A DNA stretch of 64,000 nt from a virus (taxonomy: Duplodnaviria > Caudoviricetes): the IMG/VR virus record IMGVR_UViG_3300033757_000347, one strand, 5' to 3'. The position numbers and the translations under genes are program-made. This document shows positions 39,206-49,686 of the stretch, in pieces (position 1 is the stretch's first letter; the number at the start of each line of letters is the position of its first letter). The notes under the pieces were generated by a model that was not told the DNA's origin, did not search any database, and saw nothing but the letters and a program-made list of their open reading frames with translations.

Positions 39206-40391
39206 CGCCTGGTCCTTCCTCTTCCGAGTCAGCTAATTCTTCTGCTTCGAGTTCGGACAAACCTTCCACTGTTTCTGGGTACTTGAACTTCGGCTTTATG
39301 ACGTTCTCGTCCAATGCTTGGAGAACTTCCTGAGTGAAGAGACGAGAGGTAAAGAACTGTCTCACTGGCACTTCATCGCCGTTGTGGCTGATGATGTAGT
39401 TCTGAGCTTTTGGTCCTGGTTTGAAGTAGAAAGTCTCGCCGTTTACCGTGAAAGTTTTACAGTCTTTCTGGTCGTCCGGTTTTAACTTTAGGTACTCTTT
39501 CTCGGTCAATTTTTTTCCACGGCCAACGCCGCATCCGTTCCAATCAACGTAATCCTGCAAGCCAACGAACGGGTTCATACCTTTCTGGTGAGAGATGTGG
39601 AACTCTATCTCGATTGGACGAGCAAGACGGTTCTTTCTGGTCTTAGACCTAACGATGATTCCAGTTGCTGTCTTTTCGTCGTCTCTTAGTATTCCCTTGC
39701 TAAGCATGAGAATGATAGAAGCTGCGAACTCCGGACCACCTCCGCCGCTGGGGGATTTTCCGGTGTATGCATCGGTTCCGCTGTAAGTGTGGTTGGTGAA
39801 GATAAAAGGAATTGCCAAGTTGGAAAGGTCCAAGGTAAACGATTTGAACAGAGCCCTTAGTTCCTTAGCTCTGAGACCCATGTCAGCAGCGTTCTTTCCC
39901 TTCTCGATGTCAGCGATCGATTTGTCGGTGTCTAACATGCCGACCGAATCAACGAACAGAGCGATCTTAAGATCGGAACTTTCCTTCTTCGTCTTTATCA
40001 TACCATCGACGAAGAACTTAACATCGCTGATCAGTTTCATCCTGTAATACTTGAGCATTCCTAGATCGGCTCCGAACTTTGGAAAGTCGGTCGAGTCGAT
40101 AGCTCCCTCGGTGTCAATGTAAAACACGTAGTAACCCATCTTCTGGAGCTCTCTAACTGCATTCATGCAGAGGAAAGTTTTTCCAGCTCCTGGGTCACCG
40201 GCTATTCCAATGCTTCGAGTGTTTGGAAAACCTCCGAAGATTGAACCGGACAGCTGTGCATTTAGTAGGTAATTTCCGGTAGGAATGAACTCGCTTATGT
40301 CTGCGAATCCCTTTAATTCGACTGTGGATTTTACGCGTTTTTCTAAGTTATCTGTGAACTTCTCAAACGCTTCAAATGGTGTTTTTGCCAT
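39195..40391 (-). CDS. uvsX: RecA-like recombinase
   Basis: AGDPGAGKT, YIDTEGA, VDS, FTNHTY, SGGGG and KNR motifs. Confidence 0.9.
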   Translation of the reverse strand: MAKTPFEAFEKFTDNLEKRVKSTVELKGFADISEFIPTGNYLLNAQLSGSIFGGFPNTRSIGIAGDPGAGKTFLCMNAVRELQKMGYYVFYIDTEGAIDSTDFPKFGADLGMLKYYRMKLISDVKFFVDGMIKTKKESSDLKIALFVDSVGMLDTDKSIADIEKGKNAADMGLRAKELRALFKSFTLDLSNLAIPFIFTNHTYSGTDAYTGKSPSGGGGPEFAASIILMLSKGILRDDEKTATGIIVRSKTRKNRLARPIEIEFHISHQKGMNPFVGLQDYVDWNGCGVGRGKKLTEKEYLKLKPDDQKDCKTFTVNGETFYFKPGPKAQNYIISHNGDEVPVRQFFTSRLFTQEVLQALDENVIKPKFKYPETVEGLSELEAEELADSEEEGPGDEL

Positions 40392-40445
40392 GCGTAATGC
40401 GTATTTTTCGGTATACTGTATTGTACACCGAAGATCACGCGAGTT

Positions 40446-41048
40446 TTACGCAAAATAGGAAACTAGGAGAAAAGCTCCGGCTAATATCGTGACGTCTGGG
40501 TAATCGCCGTTGACGACTTGATGGAAACCTAACCTCACGATTTCCGATTCACCTCGGGTGAACGGGGACTTAGCTAGGGTCGTCGTAAATTCCAGCTGCT
40601 CGTCCGGCCGTACTACTTTGGTCAGGTCGATAGCATAGCACTTAAACTTTGCGCTGATCGGTTCGCTGAAAGTCATCGGACCCAAGTAAAAAAGGTCATC
40701 TTCAGTAACTCCGATCTCGTCTATGTTCAACCCAGCCTCTTCCAAAAGAGCTCTGCCTACCGAATCGTAAGCGGTTGAATCTCTTTCCGAGTCCAGAGTA
40801 TCGACGAGAAGAGAAACGTCCGACTGATCTATTGCGTGATTTTGAAACTTAACAGCGTAGATGTACGAGATCTTATCTTCCTCGTTCCGTTCGAACGGAA
40901 TGATAGCTATGAAATTCGATTTCGAAACCAGCCGGTTGTCCTTGTCCGTGTTTCTACTTAGAGAAACTAGGTCGAATTTTCCTCCTTCCAGCGGAGTGAT
41001 CGTCTTAACGATCTTTGCTGGTTCCAGAGGGTTTGAATTATTGGTCAT
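40446..41048 (-). CDS. NUDIX-fold-like protein (degenerate)
   Basis: Partial Nudix box: DSTAYDSVGRALLEEAG. Confidence 0.55.
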   Translation of the reverse strand: MTNNSNPLEPAKIVKTITPLEGGKFDLVSLSRNTDKDNRLVSKSNFIAIIPFERNEEDKISYIYAVKFQNHAIDQSDVSLLVDTLDSERDSTAYDSVGRALLEEAGLNIDEIGVTEDDLFYLGPMTFSEPISAKFKCYAIDLTKVVRPDEQLEFTTTLAKSPFTRGESEIVRLGFHQVVNGDYPDVTILAGAFLLVSYFA

Positions 41049-41742
41049 CGTCCTTTTTCTTTTTGTCCTGGCCCATGAACGTGCGCACGGAAGCCTTGAT
41101 AGCGTCTAACGTTATGCTGTTATTTATATGGGCGGACAGCTGGTCGAGGAACTGTTCCTTATCCTGGGAATTCGCAAACATCATTTTCAGAAGGTTCTTA
41201 GCTGGAAGCTGAACTGACACCTTAAGGTTTACGTCAGTTTCTTCGACTGAGAACATTCCGAACAGACCCTTTGTGTCGATCGGAACTTGCTGCCTCTGCT
41301 GAACTGGCTGAGAGCTTGAACCCGGAGCAAAGGTGGAATCATCTTGACCTGGCGCTCCCTGATTCTTTGGGGAAGCTTGCAAGGTTGACAGAGACTGCAG
41401 GTCATCCGGAAGATCCTTCTTGACCGCTTCCAAATCCAACTCCGGTTCAACGTAAATCGACAGTACTTCGTCTCTCGTCAAAGGCGGCTGATCCTCGTGA
41501 AGCATCATGAGGTTGTTTGTCAGAGCTTCCGATTCTATCCTTGATTGGTCTGACAGAACAGCCAAGTAAGTTTGAACCGGCCCGTTAACTGTGTTCACTC
41601 GCCGGCCAGGTATGACGTCAATGACGGTCACGACCGTTCCTAATTTCTGTCTCTCAGAAGCTGGCGGCTTTATCCACTGGAATCTCTGTCCCTGGTAAGC
41701 ATTTTTTATGGACATTAGTTCCTCTATGTCGAATCCTGCCAT
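41038..41742 (-). CDS. hypothetical protein
   Basis: ORF in the replication operon. The likely start is MAGFDIEE at 41742. Confidence 0.65.
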   Translation of the reverse strand: MAGFDIEELMSIKNAYQGQRFQWIKPPASERQKLGTVVTVIDVIPGRRVNTVNGPVQTYLAVLSDQSRIESEALTNNLMMLHEDQPPLTRDEVLSIYVEPELDLEAVKKDLPDDLQSLSTLQASPKNQGAPGQDDSTFAPGSSSQPVQQRQQVPIDTKGLFGMFSVEETDVNLKVSVQLPAKNLLKMMFANSQDKEQFLDQLSAHINNSITLDAIKASVRTFMGQDKKKKDDDQ

Positions 41743-41758
41743 GAAATTTCTGATTTTT

Positions 41759-43165
41759 TTAAGTAAGCTTTTGTTTTTCCGCTTTTTCACTTTCTAACTG
41801 AGCCTCCAACTTTTTCATCTCGTCCTTTGTGTCAACACGACCGCTGTACAACCTGGTAAGAATGGTTCGTGCAGCTGAATCGAACTTGTTCGTAAATAGA
41901 GTATCGTTCATAGTAAAGATGACGTCGTTCGGCACGTCAGCATCCCGGTTGGACATTCGTCCCATGTATGCGTCTGGCGACATGTTGAACTGAATAGTTA
42001 AGTTTGGGTACATGGAATTGAAGTCTCGAAGAGTGATGTACTTGTAAAAACCCGGAACGGGTTTCATCACGTAAGCTCCGTCGTACGTCGATTCCTCGTC
42101 GAGATCCTTCTTGTCGTTGGACATGTACCGTCCTCTTCCCAAGAATTCCCTGCACATGAGGGTCTCGGTGATGAACACCGCGCTGAAAACCTTTGAAACA
42201 TCGACTCTAGCGAACTTTGAGATAGCGAAAGCGACCTCAAGAAGCTGAAGCTTATCGTCCATCAACTTGACAAGGCATGTATCGATGATGTTGTACTTTA
42301 CGAAGTTGAACGTATCTGCCTGTGCTTCCAGCATGGAACCGTACTCGTGCTTCAACTTTCCGACTCCAAGAACGAGCTCAGCTATGTACTCCAGCTTGTA
42401 GTTTTCTACGACCTTGTAAGGTTTGGTGTTCATGAAAACTTCCATGTAGTCGAGAAGTCCCAAGTGAATCGGCATCTTTGCTTTTCCTATGAGTTTCTCG
42501 CACGGCATGTATTTCATCGGCTCGATCTTCAGTCGATCCGCCCGGTTGATCAGGTAAATCCAGTCGAATCCAATCACGTTCCAACCGGTCAAAAACGGTA
42601 TCTTCGGCAAGAGCTTGTGAAAGAACGTTTTCATCAGGTCCTCTTCCTTCTCGAAGTAGAGGTACTTGAGCGTGAAATTTGTCTCTATGTCAGCATCCTT
42701 GAAGTACTGGTTAACCTCATCGACGAGTCTCTGCTGAGTCTCAACGTCAAAGTCTTCCATTGTGGAAAGAGTGTAAATTATGTTGTTCTCTCCGACAAAG
42801 GTTATGAGGTTTACTTCCATGAGAGCCTTTGCTGGATCGGGAAAATCCTGAGAATCGAGCTTTACCTCGATGTCGAGGAAGTACTTCCTTGGACTGTAAT
42901 CTGAGTAAAGACGGGATAACTCGTCCGGCGTAAGCCTGGACTGAGTCAATTCTTCTAACCTAAATCGGCTTAGCCACTTGCTTGGAGATTTGCGTAAAAA
43001 CTTGTTGTCCCAGTTCCTAAATTCGGTAGGGTTTGCAGTAACGGTCCAGTTGAACTGATCCACTGCCGGTATTGGTTTCTGTATAAATGCAACTTTGCCG
43101 GTCTCATCGTAGTACGAGACGACCAGCATGGCTTCGTCGACTTTAAATTCGGTGCTTACTATCAT
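41759..43165 (-). CDS. family B DNA polymerase, N-terminal part (split gp43A-like)
   Basis: ExoI DIE, ExoII GWNVIGFD, ExoIII YNIID, YDGAYV and motif A DFNSMYP are present. The ORF ends before motifs B and C. Confidence 0.88.
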   Translation of the reverse strand: MIVSTEFKVDEAMLVVSYYDETGKVAFIQKPIPAVDQFNWTVTANPTEFRNWDNKFLRKSPSKWLSRFRLEELTQSRLTPDELSRLYSDYSPRKYFLDIEVKLDSQDFPDPAKALMEVNLITFVGENNIIYTLSTMEDFDVETQQRLVDEVNQYFKDADIETNFTLKYLYFEKEEDLMKTFFHKLLPKIPFLTGWNVIGFDWIYLINRADRLKIEPMKYMPCEKLIGKAKMPIHLGLLDYMEVFMNTKPYKVVENYKLEYIAELVLGVGKLKHEYGSMLEAQADTFNFVKYNIIDTCLVKLMDDKLQLLEVAFAISKFARVDVSKVFSAVFITETLMCREFLGRGRYMSNDKKDLDEESTYDGAYVMKPVPGFYKYITLRDFNSMYPNLTIQFNMSPDAYMGRMSNRDADVPNDVIFTMNDTLFTNKFDSAARTILTRLYSGRVDTKDEMKKLEAQLESEKAEKQKLT

Positions 43166-43451
43166 TTTCTTGATTTTCTTCTACGCAATACGGAGAACAG
43201 TCCAAGTAATCGAAAGCGAACAGCTTTCGTATGGATTCTTCAGGCAGCTTTCTTTCCTTCGAAAGAGCTGATATTGCCCAAGCGTACCACTCATCGTGCT
43301 GCGTTTTTGTGACAGGGTAGAGTTTGAACCACTCTGGGCTCTGAAGAACTTCTTTTGGCTGTTCGGCTATCACCTGCTCAACTGTTTTTCCGTGGTACTT
43401 TTTGAGCCACCAGTTCAGCATGTCATCCCGAGTTAATCGTTTCTTTTTCAT
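43143..43451 (-). CDS. hypothetical protein
   Basis: 102 aa Trp-rich ORF in the operon. Confidence 0.6.
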   Translation of the reverse strand: MKKKRLTRDDMLNWWLKKYHGKTVEQVIAEQPKEVLQSPEWFKLYPVTKTQHDEWYAWAISALSKERKLPEESIRKLFAFDYLDCSPYCVEENQENDSKHRI

Positions 43452-43468
43452 TAACTTACCAAAAATTT

Positions 43469-43948
43469 TTAACGGGTAGCTTCCAGGGCTTCAGCTTTAG
43501 AGTCTGTGGAACCAAACCCGCCATCGCCTCTTTCAGATTGAACCGGAAACACTTCTTCGAGCGTGCCGCACTCTTCCAGGTCAGCGTGAGCGACCGGAAT
43601 TAAGAGAAATTGAACCAGTTTCATTCCTGGAGCAATTTCAACTGCTCCGTCGGCTTTCGTGTTGTAAACGTGAATGTGTATCTCTCCCTGGTAATCGCTG
43701 TCGACCACGCAAGCTCCAACTTGAAGTCTCTTCTTGGTCGCTATGCCGCTTTTGTTGTGAGTTATGAGAGCGTAACCATCTGGTACCCTAGCTTTTATTC
43801 CGCTTGGGATCAGAATGTCCTCTCCTGGGTTTAATCTCTGTTCTGGAAAAGATTCTGGAACAAAAAAATCAATGCCGGCGGAACCTGGAGTTCCGTACGA
43901 AGGTGTCTTAACCTCTTTAGTCTTTATGAATCGCAGTTTAGGTTGCAT
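43469..43948 (-). CDS. dut: trimeric dUTPase
   Basis: SAGIDF, NKSG, VDSDYQGEI, KLVQ and RGDGGFGST motifs. Confidence 0.95.
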   Translation of the reverse strand: MQPKLRFIKTKEVKTPSYGTPGSAGIDFFVPESFPEQRLNPGEDILIPSGIKARVPDGYALITHNKSGIATKKRLQVGACVVDSDYQGEIHIHVYNTKADGAVEIAPGMKLVQFLLIPVAHADLEECGTLEEVFPVQSERGDGGFGSTDSKAEALEATR

Positions 43949-44114
43949 AAGTAGTCATTTTTATGACATCTTTTATTGAGAACCGCGAAACGGTTTAGGT
44001 TTGGTAGGTAAGGATCTGATAAATAACTTCAGTTGTGACCTGTCATTTTCCCAGAAAGTCGATTTTGGGAACAGGGTGATAAATAAATAACCTAAAAAAT
44101 AACGATAGCACACG

Positions 44115-47100
44115 ATGGCAGAAAAATTAAATCTGAACAGGTTCAAGTCAAGTGGCGTATACACAGTAGAGATAGACGAGAGCCAGAACTTAGCTCTCCC
44201 GATCTCAACAGGACGGCTTGTTATCGGTTCTAGCAAAAAGGGCCCTATCAACTCAGTTGTGTTGGTAGACAGCACTCGAACCAGCCAGATCGTATACGGG
44301 GAGCTTGACACCAAGCTAGAGAAAAACGGCAGCTACTTCCACAGGACGATTGATGTTGCTCTAAGGCAAGGACCTGTTTACGCTTTAAACGTCCTTCCTG
44401 TCTCCGCAACCGACGAAGCTTACTTCGCTACCTTCAACTCTGAATCAGCTTCCAACAACGCGGTTTGGGACAACACCAACTACAAGAGCAGCATGTCAAA
44501 TTTCTACAACACACAGAAGCTGTGGTTCGCAGACGTTGACATGGTGAACAAGTGGAAAAACATTGAGCTGGGAGATGACTACATTCTCAACCCATCCCAG
44601 CACGGATCAGCCGATCGCGATGCAAACAAGATCCTAACGGTAGTAAACCTTTCGAGGAAAGACGTTACCGCTTGGGTAAGAATAGCAGACGTTACAGGAT
44701 ACGACATAACTGTCAAGGAATACTACGCCCTCCTTGGTGATAAAGTTCAGATCCCAGAATTCTTGAACCCGGACGATATCGTTCAGGACTACTTCGTCGA
44801 AGTCATCGTCGTTGAAGGAGACTGGACTGATTACCTGAAGCTATCTAGCGATCCGATTTACAGCCAGTACTTCACAGCATCAGGTATCATCAGCTCAAAG
44901 ATCAACGATTTTACCGCTCTGAAGGAAGTTACTCTGTACGCCAAAGTTCAGGGATGCATCATCCCAGAATTCAGGGACCTCACCGGAACCATCGTAGCTA
45001 TAGACACTGTCTTCAATCGTAAATTCCCGGAAACCGGCATATTCGTAGCTCTTGACTACAAGAAAGTCGACATGATCGACCTAACGAACTCTACTTTCGA
45101 CAGCGGTTCAGACACTGAGCCTATGGCAGAGCAGAGAATCGACCTTATCGGTCACGGCGTTGACGAACTCAGCATCGCTAACGGAACTCACGCAGCTTAC
45201 GTGGTAGACGACGGCATCACAGCAGTTGACCCGGTCGCTATGATCGACACTCTCAGCTACAGGAAACCGATAGACTACACTTTCTACTTCAAGCTCACGA
45301 CTTACAACCCAACGTACGTTGACGGTCAGATTTACATAAACACCGGAACTCCTAAGGAAATCATCGCAACCGAAGCTAGCAAGCTTTACAAAGCTTGGAT
45401 GAAGGGTATCGTAAAGAACGGAGATTACCTGAAATACGGAACTCCAACTCCTACTACTCTCTACCTAGCGTCAGATGGTTTCATCAAAACTCAGGGAGCT
45501 GTTAAGTACATCACCTTCCAAGCATTCACCGACGTTACTAGGACAAACCAAGTTGATGCTCAGAAAATTACTGACGCAGGCTTAGACTACCTGTGGATCG
45601 TTAACCAAACTGCAGATTTCTACAGGATGGATTTCGACATGACCGACACCGATTACTTCATCTCCTACCAATACTTCGCACCGAACAGGCTGGTCTTTGA
45701 GATCGATCCTACTCTGTACGGAAATCCTAGCAGAAACGAAACTTCGAACGCAGCAGTCGGCTTCCCGTACGATGCAACGAAGAGAGCGAACATCGACACC
45801 TTCTTTAAAGTCGGTCGTTACCTCAAAGCTAACATCGTAGCTGGAACAGAACGTGGTCGTATGCTTCGCATCAACTCTGTATCAGCACAGAAAGTTACTA
45901 AGAGTTCCTACGGTCCTTCTGGAGTAACTGTAACTGTTCTGAAGTACACAGTAACAACATCAGCACCAGCTGACGTTAACAACCTTGGTATCAAGCTCAC
46001 CGGAACAACGGTTCGTGCTTACAAGGGAATAAAGAACTACATCACCAGCTTAGTAGGACAGAAAGTTCCTGCTATGAACCTCAACGACCTCAACTTGTAC
46101 CCTAACGGTACAGCTGATCGTCAGAACGACATACTAGACTTCCTGTTCAACGGAAGCAACCTAGCATCGACCTTGGCTGACAACGAAACCCTGGACTTCA
46201 GGTACCTTATCGACTCGTTCGAAGGACAGATCTACCCAGGATCGAAACAGCAACTAGCTCAGCTCGCAGCTGACCATGGAAAACTCTTCGTAATCGCAAA
46301 CGCTCCGTCGTTCGCTCAGTACGAAAGGTCAGTCAACCCAAGCTTCATCGACCTAACTACTCGCTTGGTATCGACCGAGTACATTTCCACCGGCGGTGAT
46401 CTGAGTTCAAACCCAGACTACCTGTTCTCCTTCGCAACCGGAGAGAAGAACGGAATACCTCTATCTTCGTACGCAGCTTACTTCATGCCGAACATCGTTA
46501 TCTTCGAAAACGGAAAGAACAAATCGATACCTCCGGCAATGTACGTAGCAAACGCTTTCATGAAGAAGTACAACAGCGGAAACACCTTCTCTATCGTAGC
46601 TGGTAAGAGAGGCATCCTGACCGATCCTGAAATCACAGGACTCGAATACGATCTCACAAACGAGGATCGCGATTACTTGGAACCAGCCGGTTTCAACCTG
46701 ATCGTTCGTCGTAGGGGATTCGGAGTCATGGTGTTCTCAAACAACACCGGTTACCAAAGAGTAAAATCGGCTCTGAACAACATTCACGTAAGGGAAGCTC
46801 TCATCACCATCGAAAGAGACGTTGAACGCATCCTCCTGAACTTCCTGTTCGATTGGAACGACGTCACGACTAGAATGAGAGTAAAGACCATGATCAAGAA
46901 TTACTTGGCAGCCGTACAGGACGCTCGCGGAATTTCCTGGTTCGATGTTATCTTCGACGATAGCAACAACACGACAGAAGTTCTCGAGAACAATGCAGGA
47001 GTTGTCGACATCTTGGTTGACTTCCCAAGAGGAATCCACAAGTTCATCAACCGTATCACTATCACACGGGTTGGAGGACAGCTTTCATCACAGTCAACAG

Positions 47101-47120
47101 GTTTTACCCCATCCTTCTAA
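44115..47120 (+). CDS. contractile tail sheath protein (gp18-like)
   Basis: SSGVYTVEID, GSSKKGP, PPAMYVA, NNIHVRE, FDWND and DDSNNTTEVLENN. Follows GATAAATA motifs. Confidence 0.9.
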   Translation: MAEKLNLNRFKSSGVYTVEIDESQNLALPISTGRLVIGSSKKGPINSVVLVDSTRTSQIVYGELDTKLEKNGSYFHRTIDVALRQGPVYALNVLPVSATDEAYFATFNSESASNNAVWDNTNYKSSMSNFYNTQKLWFADVDMVNKWKNIELGDDYILNPSQHGSADRDANKILTVVNLSRKDVTAWVRIADVTGYDITVKEYYALLGDKVQIPEFLNPDDIVQDYFVEVIVVEGDWTDYLKLSSDPIYSQYFTASGIISSKINDFTALKEVTLYAKVQGCIIPEFRDLTGTIVAIDTVFNRKFPETGIFVALDYKKVDMIDLTNSTFDSGSDTEPMAEQRIDLIGHGVDELSIANGTHAAYVVDDGITAVDPVAMIDTLSYRKPIDYTFYFKLTTYNPTYVDGQIYINTGTPKEIIATEASKLYKAWMKGIVKNGDYLKYGTPTPTTLYLASDGFIKTQGAVKYITFQAFTDVTRTNQVDAQKITDAGLDYLWIVNQTADFYRMDFDMTDTDYFISYQYFAPNRLVFEIDPTLYGNPSRNETSNAAVGFPYDATKRANIDTFFKVGRYLKANIVAGTERGRMLRINSVSAQKVTKSSYGPSGVTVTVLKYTVTTSAPADVNNLGIKLTGTTVRAYKGIKNYITSLVGQKVPAMNLNDLNLYPNGTADRQNDILDFLFNGSNLASTLADNETLDFRYLIDSFEGQIYPGSKQQLAQLAADHGKLFVIANAPSFAQYERSVNPSFIDLTTRLVSTEYISTGGDLSSNPDYLFSFATGEKNGIPLSSYAAYFMPNIVIFENGKNKSIPPAMYVANAFMKKYNSGNTFSIVAGKRGILTDPEITGLEYDLTNEDRDYLEPAGFNLIVRRRGFGVMVFSNNTGYQRVKSALNNIHVREALITIERDVERILLNFLFDWNDVTTRMRVKTMIKNYLAAVQDARGISWFDVIFDDSNNTTEVLENNAGVVDILVDFPRGIHKFINRITITRVGGQLSSQSTGFTPSF

Positions 47121-47145
47121 CCCGACATTTGGTTTTGTTGAAAAG

Positions 47146-47172
47146 AAAAAGGAGCTCGCTGAGCTCCTTTTT
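47146..47172. terminator. bidirectional intrinsic terminator
   Basis: AAAAAGGAGCTC-GCT-GAGCTCCTTTTT. Confidence 0.85.
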
Positions 47173-47225
47173 CGTTTTAGGCTGACCGATTTGGCCAACT
47201 CCACCACTCGGTTTAAGTCCGAGAA

Positions 47226-47897
47226 CTATGCGCCTTGATCGGCTGTTTCTTCTTCCTGTGGGGTTTCGTCAGCTTCTGTGTCTGGTTCTTCTTCAAACCC
47301 GCCTTGAAGCTTTGAAATGATTTCTTCCAATAACCTAATAGTATCTGTCGAATCATCGTGAAGGATGCCGGTGCCGCCGGCTGCGGTCCATTTTTCGATG
47401 TTGCTTTTCTTATCGTCTATCAGTATGTCGTTCGCTGTCTTGACAAAAAGTTCCTTCTTGTTGGAAAAGATGATTCTCTTTTCTGGTTCGGCTTCCAGTT
47501 CTTCTGGAGTTTCGATACCTTTTTTTTGATTTATGCCAAGGTTCAATTTTATCCACATCAGCTTACCTTCCTTGGAATACTCGCTTCGACTTGGAGCGGA
47601 AAGAATGTAAGGACTGTACCTTTTCAAGTAATCCCAAAGCTCGCGGCCGTCTCCTGTCCAAGGCAATCTCTTCCAGAACTTTTCCTTTCGCTTATCTACG
47701 ATCTGCCATATAGAATGACGACCGTGTTTCTTTTCGTACTCTTCCGGCGTGTGATGGTGCGGGTTCAGCTTCATTCTCTTAAAACCGCGGTCGAAGTCCG
47801 TTAGAACTCCATCCATGTCGCAAAATATCCGAACCGGTGAGGATTGGGATTTTTGCTCGGCTATGAATTGCGTGAACCTTAAAACTTTGTTATGCAT
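47226..47897 (-). CDS. 5'(3')-deoxyribonucleotidase (NT5C-type HAD)
   Basis: FCDMDGVLTDF, ILSAP, LIDD and W..AGGTGILH motifs. Confidence 0.88.
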   Translation of the reverse strand: MHNKVLRFTQFIAEQKSQSSPVRIFCDMDGVLTDFDRGFKRMKLNPHHHTPEEYEKKHGRHSIWQIVDKRKEKFWKRLPWTGDGRELWDYLKRYSPYILSAPSRSEYSKEGKLMWIKLNLGINQKKGIETPEELEAEPEKRIIFSNKKELFVKTANDILIDDKKSNIEKWTAAGGTGILHDDSTDTIRLLEEIISKLQGGFEEEPDTEADETPQEEETADQGA

Positions 47898-48213
47898 AAT
47901 CTTTGAGTTCGAACGATTTGTTTATAGACTTATCTATAATGCCAACCAAATCGTTTGCCATGACCAGGTGATAGATCTGGCCGTCGACTTCAACGTCAAA
48001 ACCAGCGTACCTCAAGTAAAGAACGTGGTCCCCTGGTTTTATCGGACAGTTCTTTTGGGAAACGAGGTGGCCTACTTCGACCACTATCCCTGTGTTGGGT
48101 CTCTTTCTTGATTCTACTGGCAGGATGATGCCGGTCTCAGTTCTTTTTTCAACCTCATCCGGTCTTATCATCACTCTTTCGAATAGAGGGGTAAATCCAA
48201 CTGCGTTTTCCAT
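47890..48213 (-). CDS. groES: co-chaperonin GroES
   Basis: PLFERVMI, TETGIILP, GIVVEVG and GDHVLY motifs. Confidence 0.92.
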   Translation of the reverse strand: MENAVGFTPLFERVMIRPDEVEKRTETGIILPVESRKRPNTGIVVEVGHLVSQKNCPIKPGDHVLYLRYAGFDVEVDGQIYHLVMANDLVGIIDKSINKSFELKDYA

Positions 48214-49322
48214 TAGGTCTTGTAATTTTTTTTGAACCTAAAGTAGTTGAAGCGTTTTCTGTTGTCCAGGTTAACCGAACGTTTCATCGCTTCCACCAGT
48301 TCCTTAGGCATGACCGCTGTGCTCAATCGTATAAGCTTGCGGTTTCGGTTCAGGTTGTTCAGGATCGTCTGGGATTCACCAGGATCACTTATCTTCAGAG
48401 TGTCACATATTACCTTATGCAAGAAATCCATGAACTCTGGGTCACCTGAATCAACTAGGTTTTTTACATCGTTCCAATCAACGGTTTCCTTTATCCGTTC
48501 CATAGCTTTAACAACTTTGGACGGAGTAAACTTTTCGTGAACTCTAGGAATGTTGTCAGAATTATCGCCTGCCAGGATCTTCGTTAGAATATCCGTGGAT
48601 GGGTTGATCCGGTGGTGCTGGTAATCTTTGGTGATCAAGTCGGTCAGAACGTTCACAACTGCTGAGTTGTCAACGCTTTCCAAGTCAAAATTGAACAGGT
48701 CAACGTCCTTGCGTTCGATAGGCTCAAACGTTTCGGTCGTGTAAATTTTCTTGAACTTGGTCATCATCTTTGGCATCAGAAGAATAACTTTTCGACCGTC
48801 ACTTTCTAGAAGCTGGGTAAGGTCCTTGTCTACTGACCAAAGGCAGATGTCTTCCTTAACGTTCTCGCAGATGTAAGCGATCAGATCGTCACCCTCTGCT
48901 CCAGGAACTCTGCTTGTGATTACTCCGTACTCTTCGACTAACATGGGTAAAAGTTCGTCCTGAAAGTAATCAAAGAACAGGTAGGACTTGTCATCGTACT
49001 TACGAGTACCTTTGTACGAAAAATCTCCATCTCCGTGTTCTTCGGCGTGATCCTTTATGAATTGCTTTCTCCAACTCTTAGAGTCGAAGACTATGAATAC
49101 TGACGTGATGTTTTCCTTGAAAGGCGCAAAGATACTTCCCAAGTAGTTCAGCGAGAATTTTTTGAACTGATCTTTGCTAGCTTGTTTTAGCATGAACTTA
49201 TCGTCAGACAGTAAATCGTTGACGTAATACCGTTCGCCGACTGAGCGATCGTTTGCGAGAATGTTCTTGACAATGCTGGTAGCTACGTTTAGGAATGCAT
49301 TACCATCTATTACTATGTTCAT
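48213..49322 (-). CDS. rnh: T4 RNase H-like 5'-3' exonuclease
   Basis: IDGN, VFD..SWRK, YKGTR, EGDD, DKDLTQL and GDNSDNIP motifs. Confidence 0.88.
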   Translation of the reverse strand: MNIVIDGNAFLNVATSIVKNILANDRSVGERYYVNDLLSDDKFMLKQASKDQFKKFSLNYLGSIFAPFKENITSVFIVFDSKSWRKQFIKDHAEEHGDGDFSYKGTRKYDDKSYLFFDYFQDELLPMLVEEYGVITSRVPGAEGDDLIAYICENVKEDICLWSVDKDLTQLLESDGRKVILLMPKMMTKFKKIYTTETFEPIERKDVDLFNFDLESVDNSAVVNVLTDLITKDYQHHRINPSTDILTKILAGDNSDNIPRVHEKFTPSKVVKAMERIKETVDWNDVKNLVDSGDPEFMDFLHKVICDTLKISDPGESQTILNNLNRNRKLIRLSTAVMPKELVEAMKRSVNLDNRKRFNYFRFKKNYKT

Positions 49323-49666
49323 GATTGTTTTTCTTCAGGCGGTGATTGCTGTGATTCTTCTTTGTTCTGAGCTGCTTGCATTGCTTCTTGAGTGTGGACC
49401 TTCAAGCGTTTTATCGCTCGTGATATTAGTTCAGACTCTTCCAGGTTGTACGCACCTTTAGCTTGAGCGTACCTAGCGGCAGCTATCAAAACGATTAGGA
49501 CTTGCTGGGAGGTCATCGTTGTTAAGAACAGTTCCCAATCCTCTTCGTTATCGTAACTAATAGACCCAAGCAATCTAGCGATTGGCTTGGTCTGATCAAT
49601 TTTCTCAGCTGAAACAGCTGCCTCCTTGTTAGGGGAGGCAGCTTCAGCGGTAGGATTTTCTACCAT
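49319..49666 (-). CDS. hypothetical protein
   Basis: 115 aa ORF coupled to the rnh-like gene. Confidence 0.65.
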   Translation of the reverse strand: MVENPTAEAASPNKEAAVSAEKIDQTKPIARLLGSISYDNEEDWELFLTTMTSQQVLIVLIAAARYAQAKGAYNLEESELISRAIKRLKVHTQEAMQAAQNKEESQQSPPEEKQS

Positions 49667-49686
49667 AGTAAGTCCGTTGTTAATTT

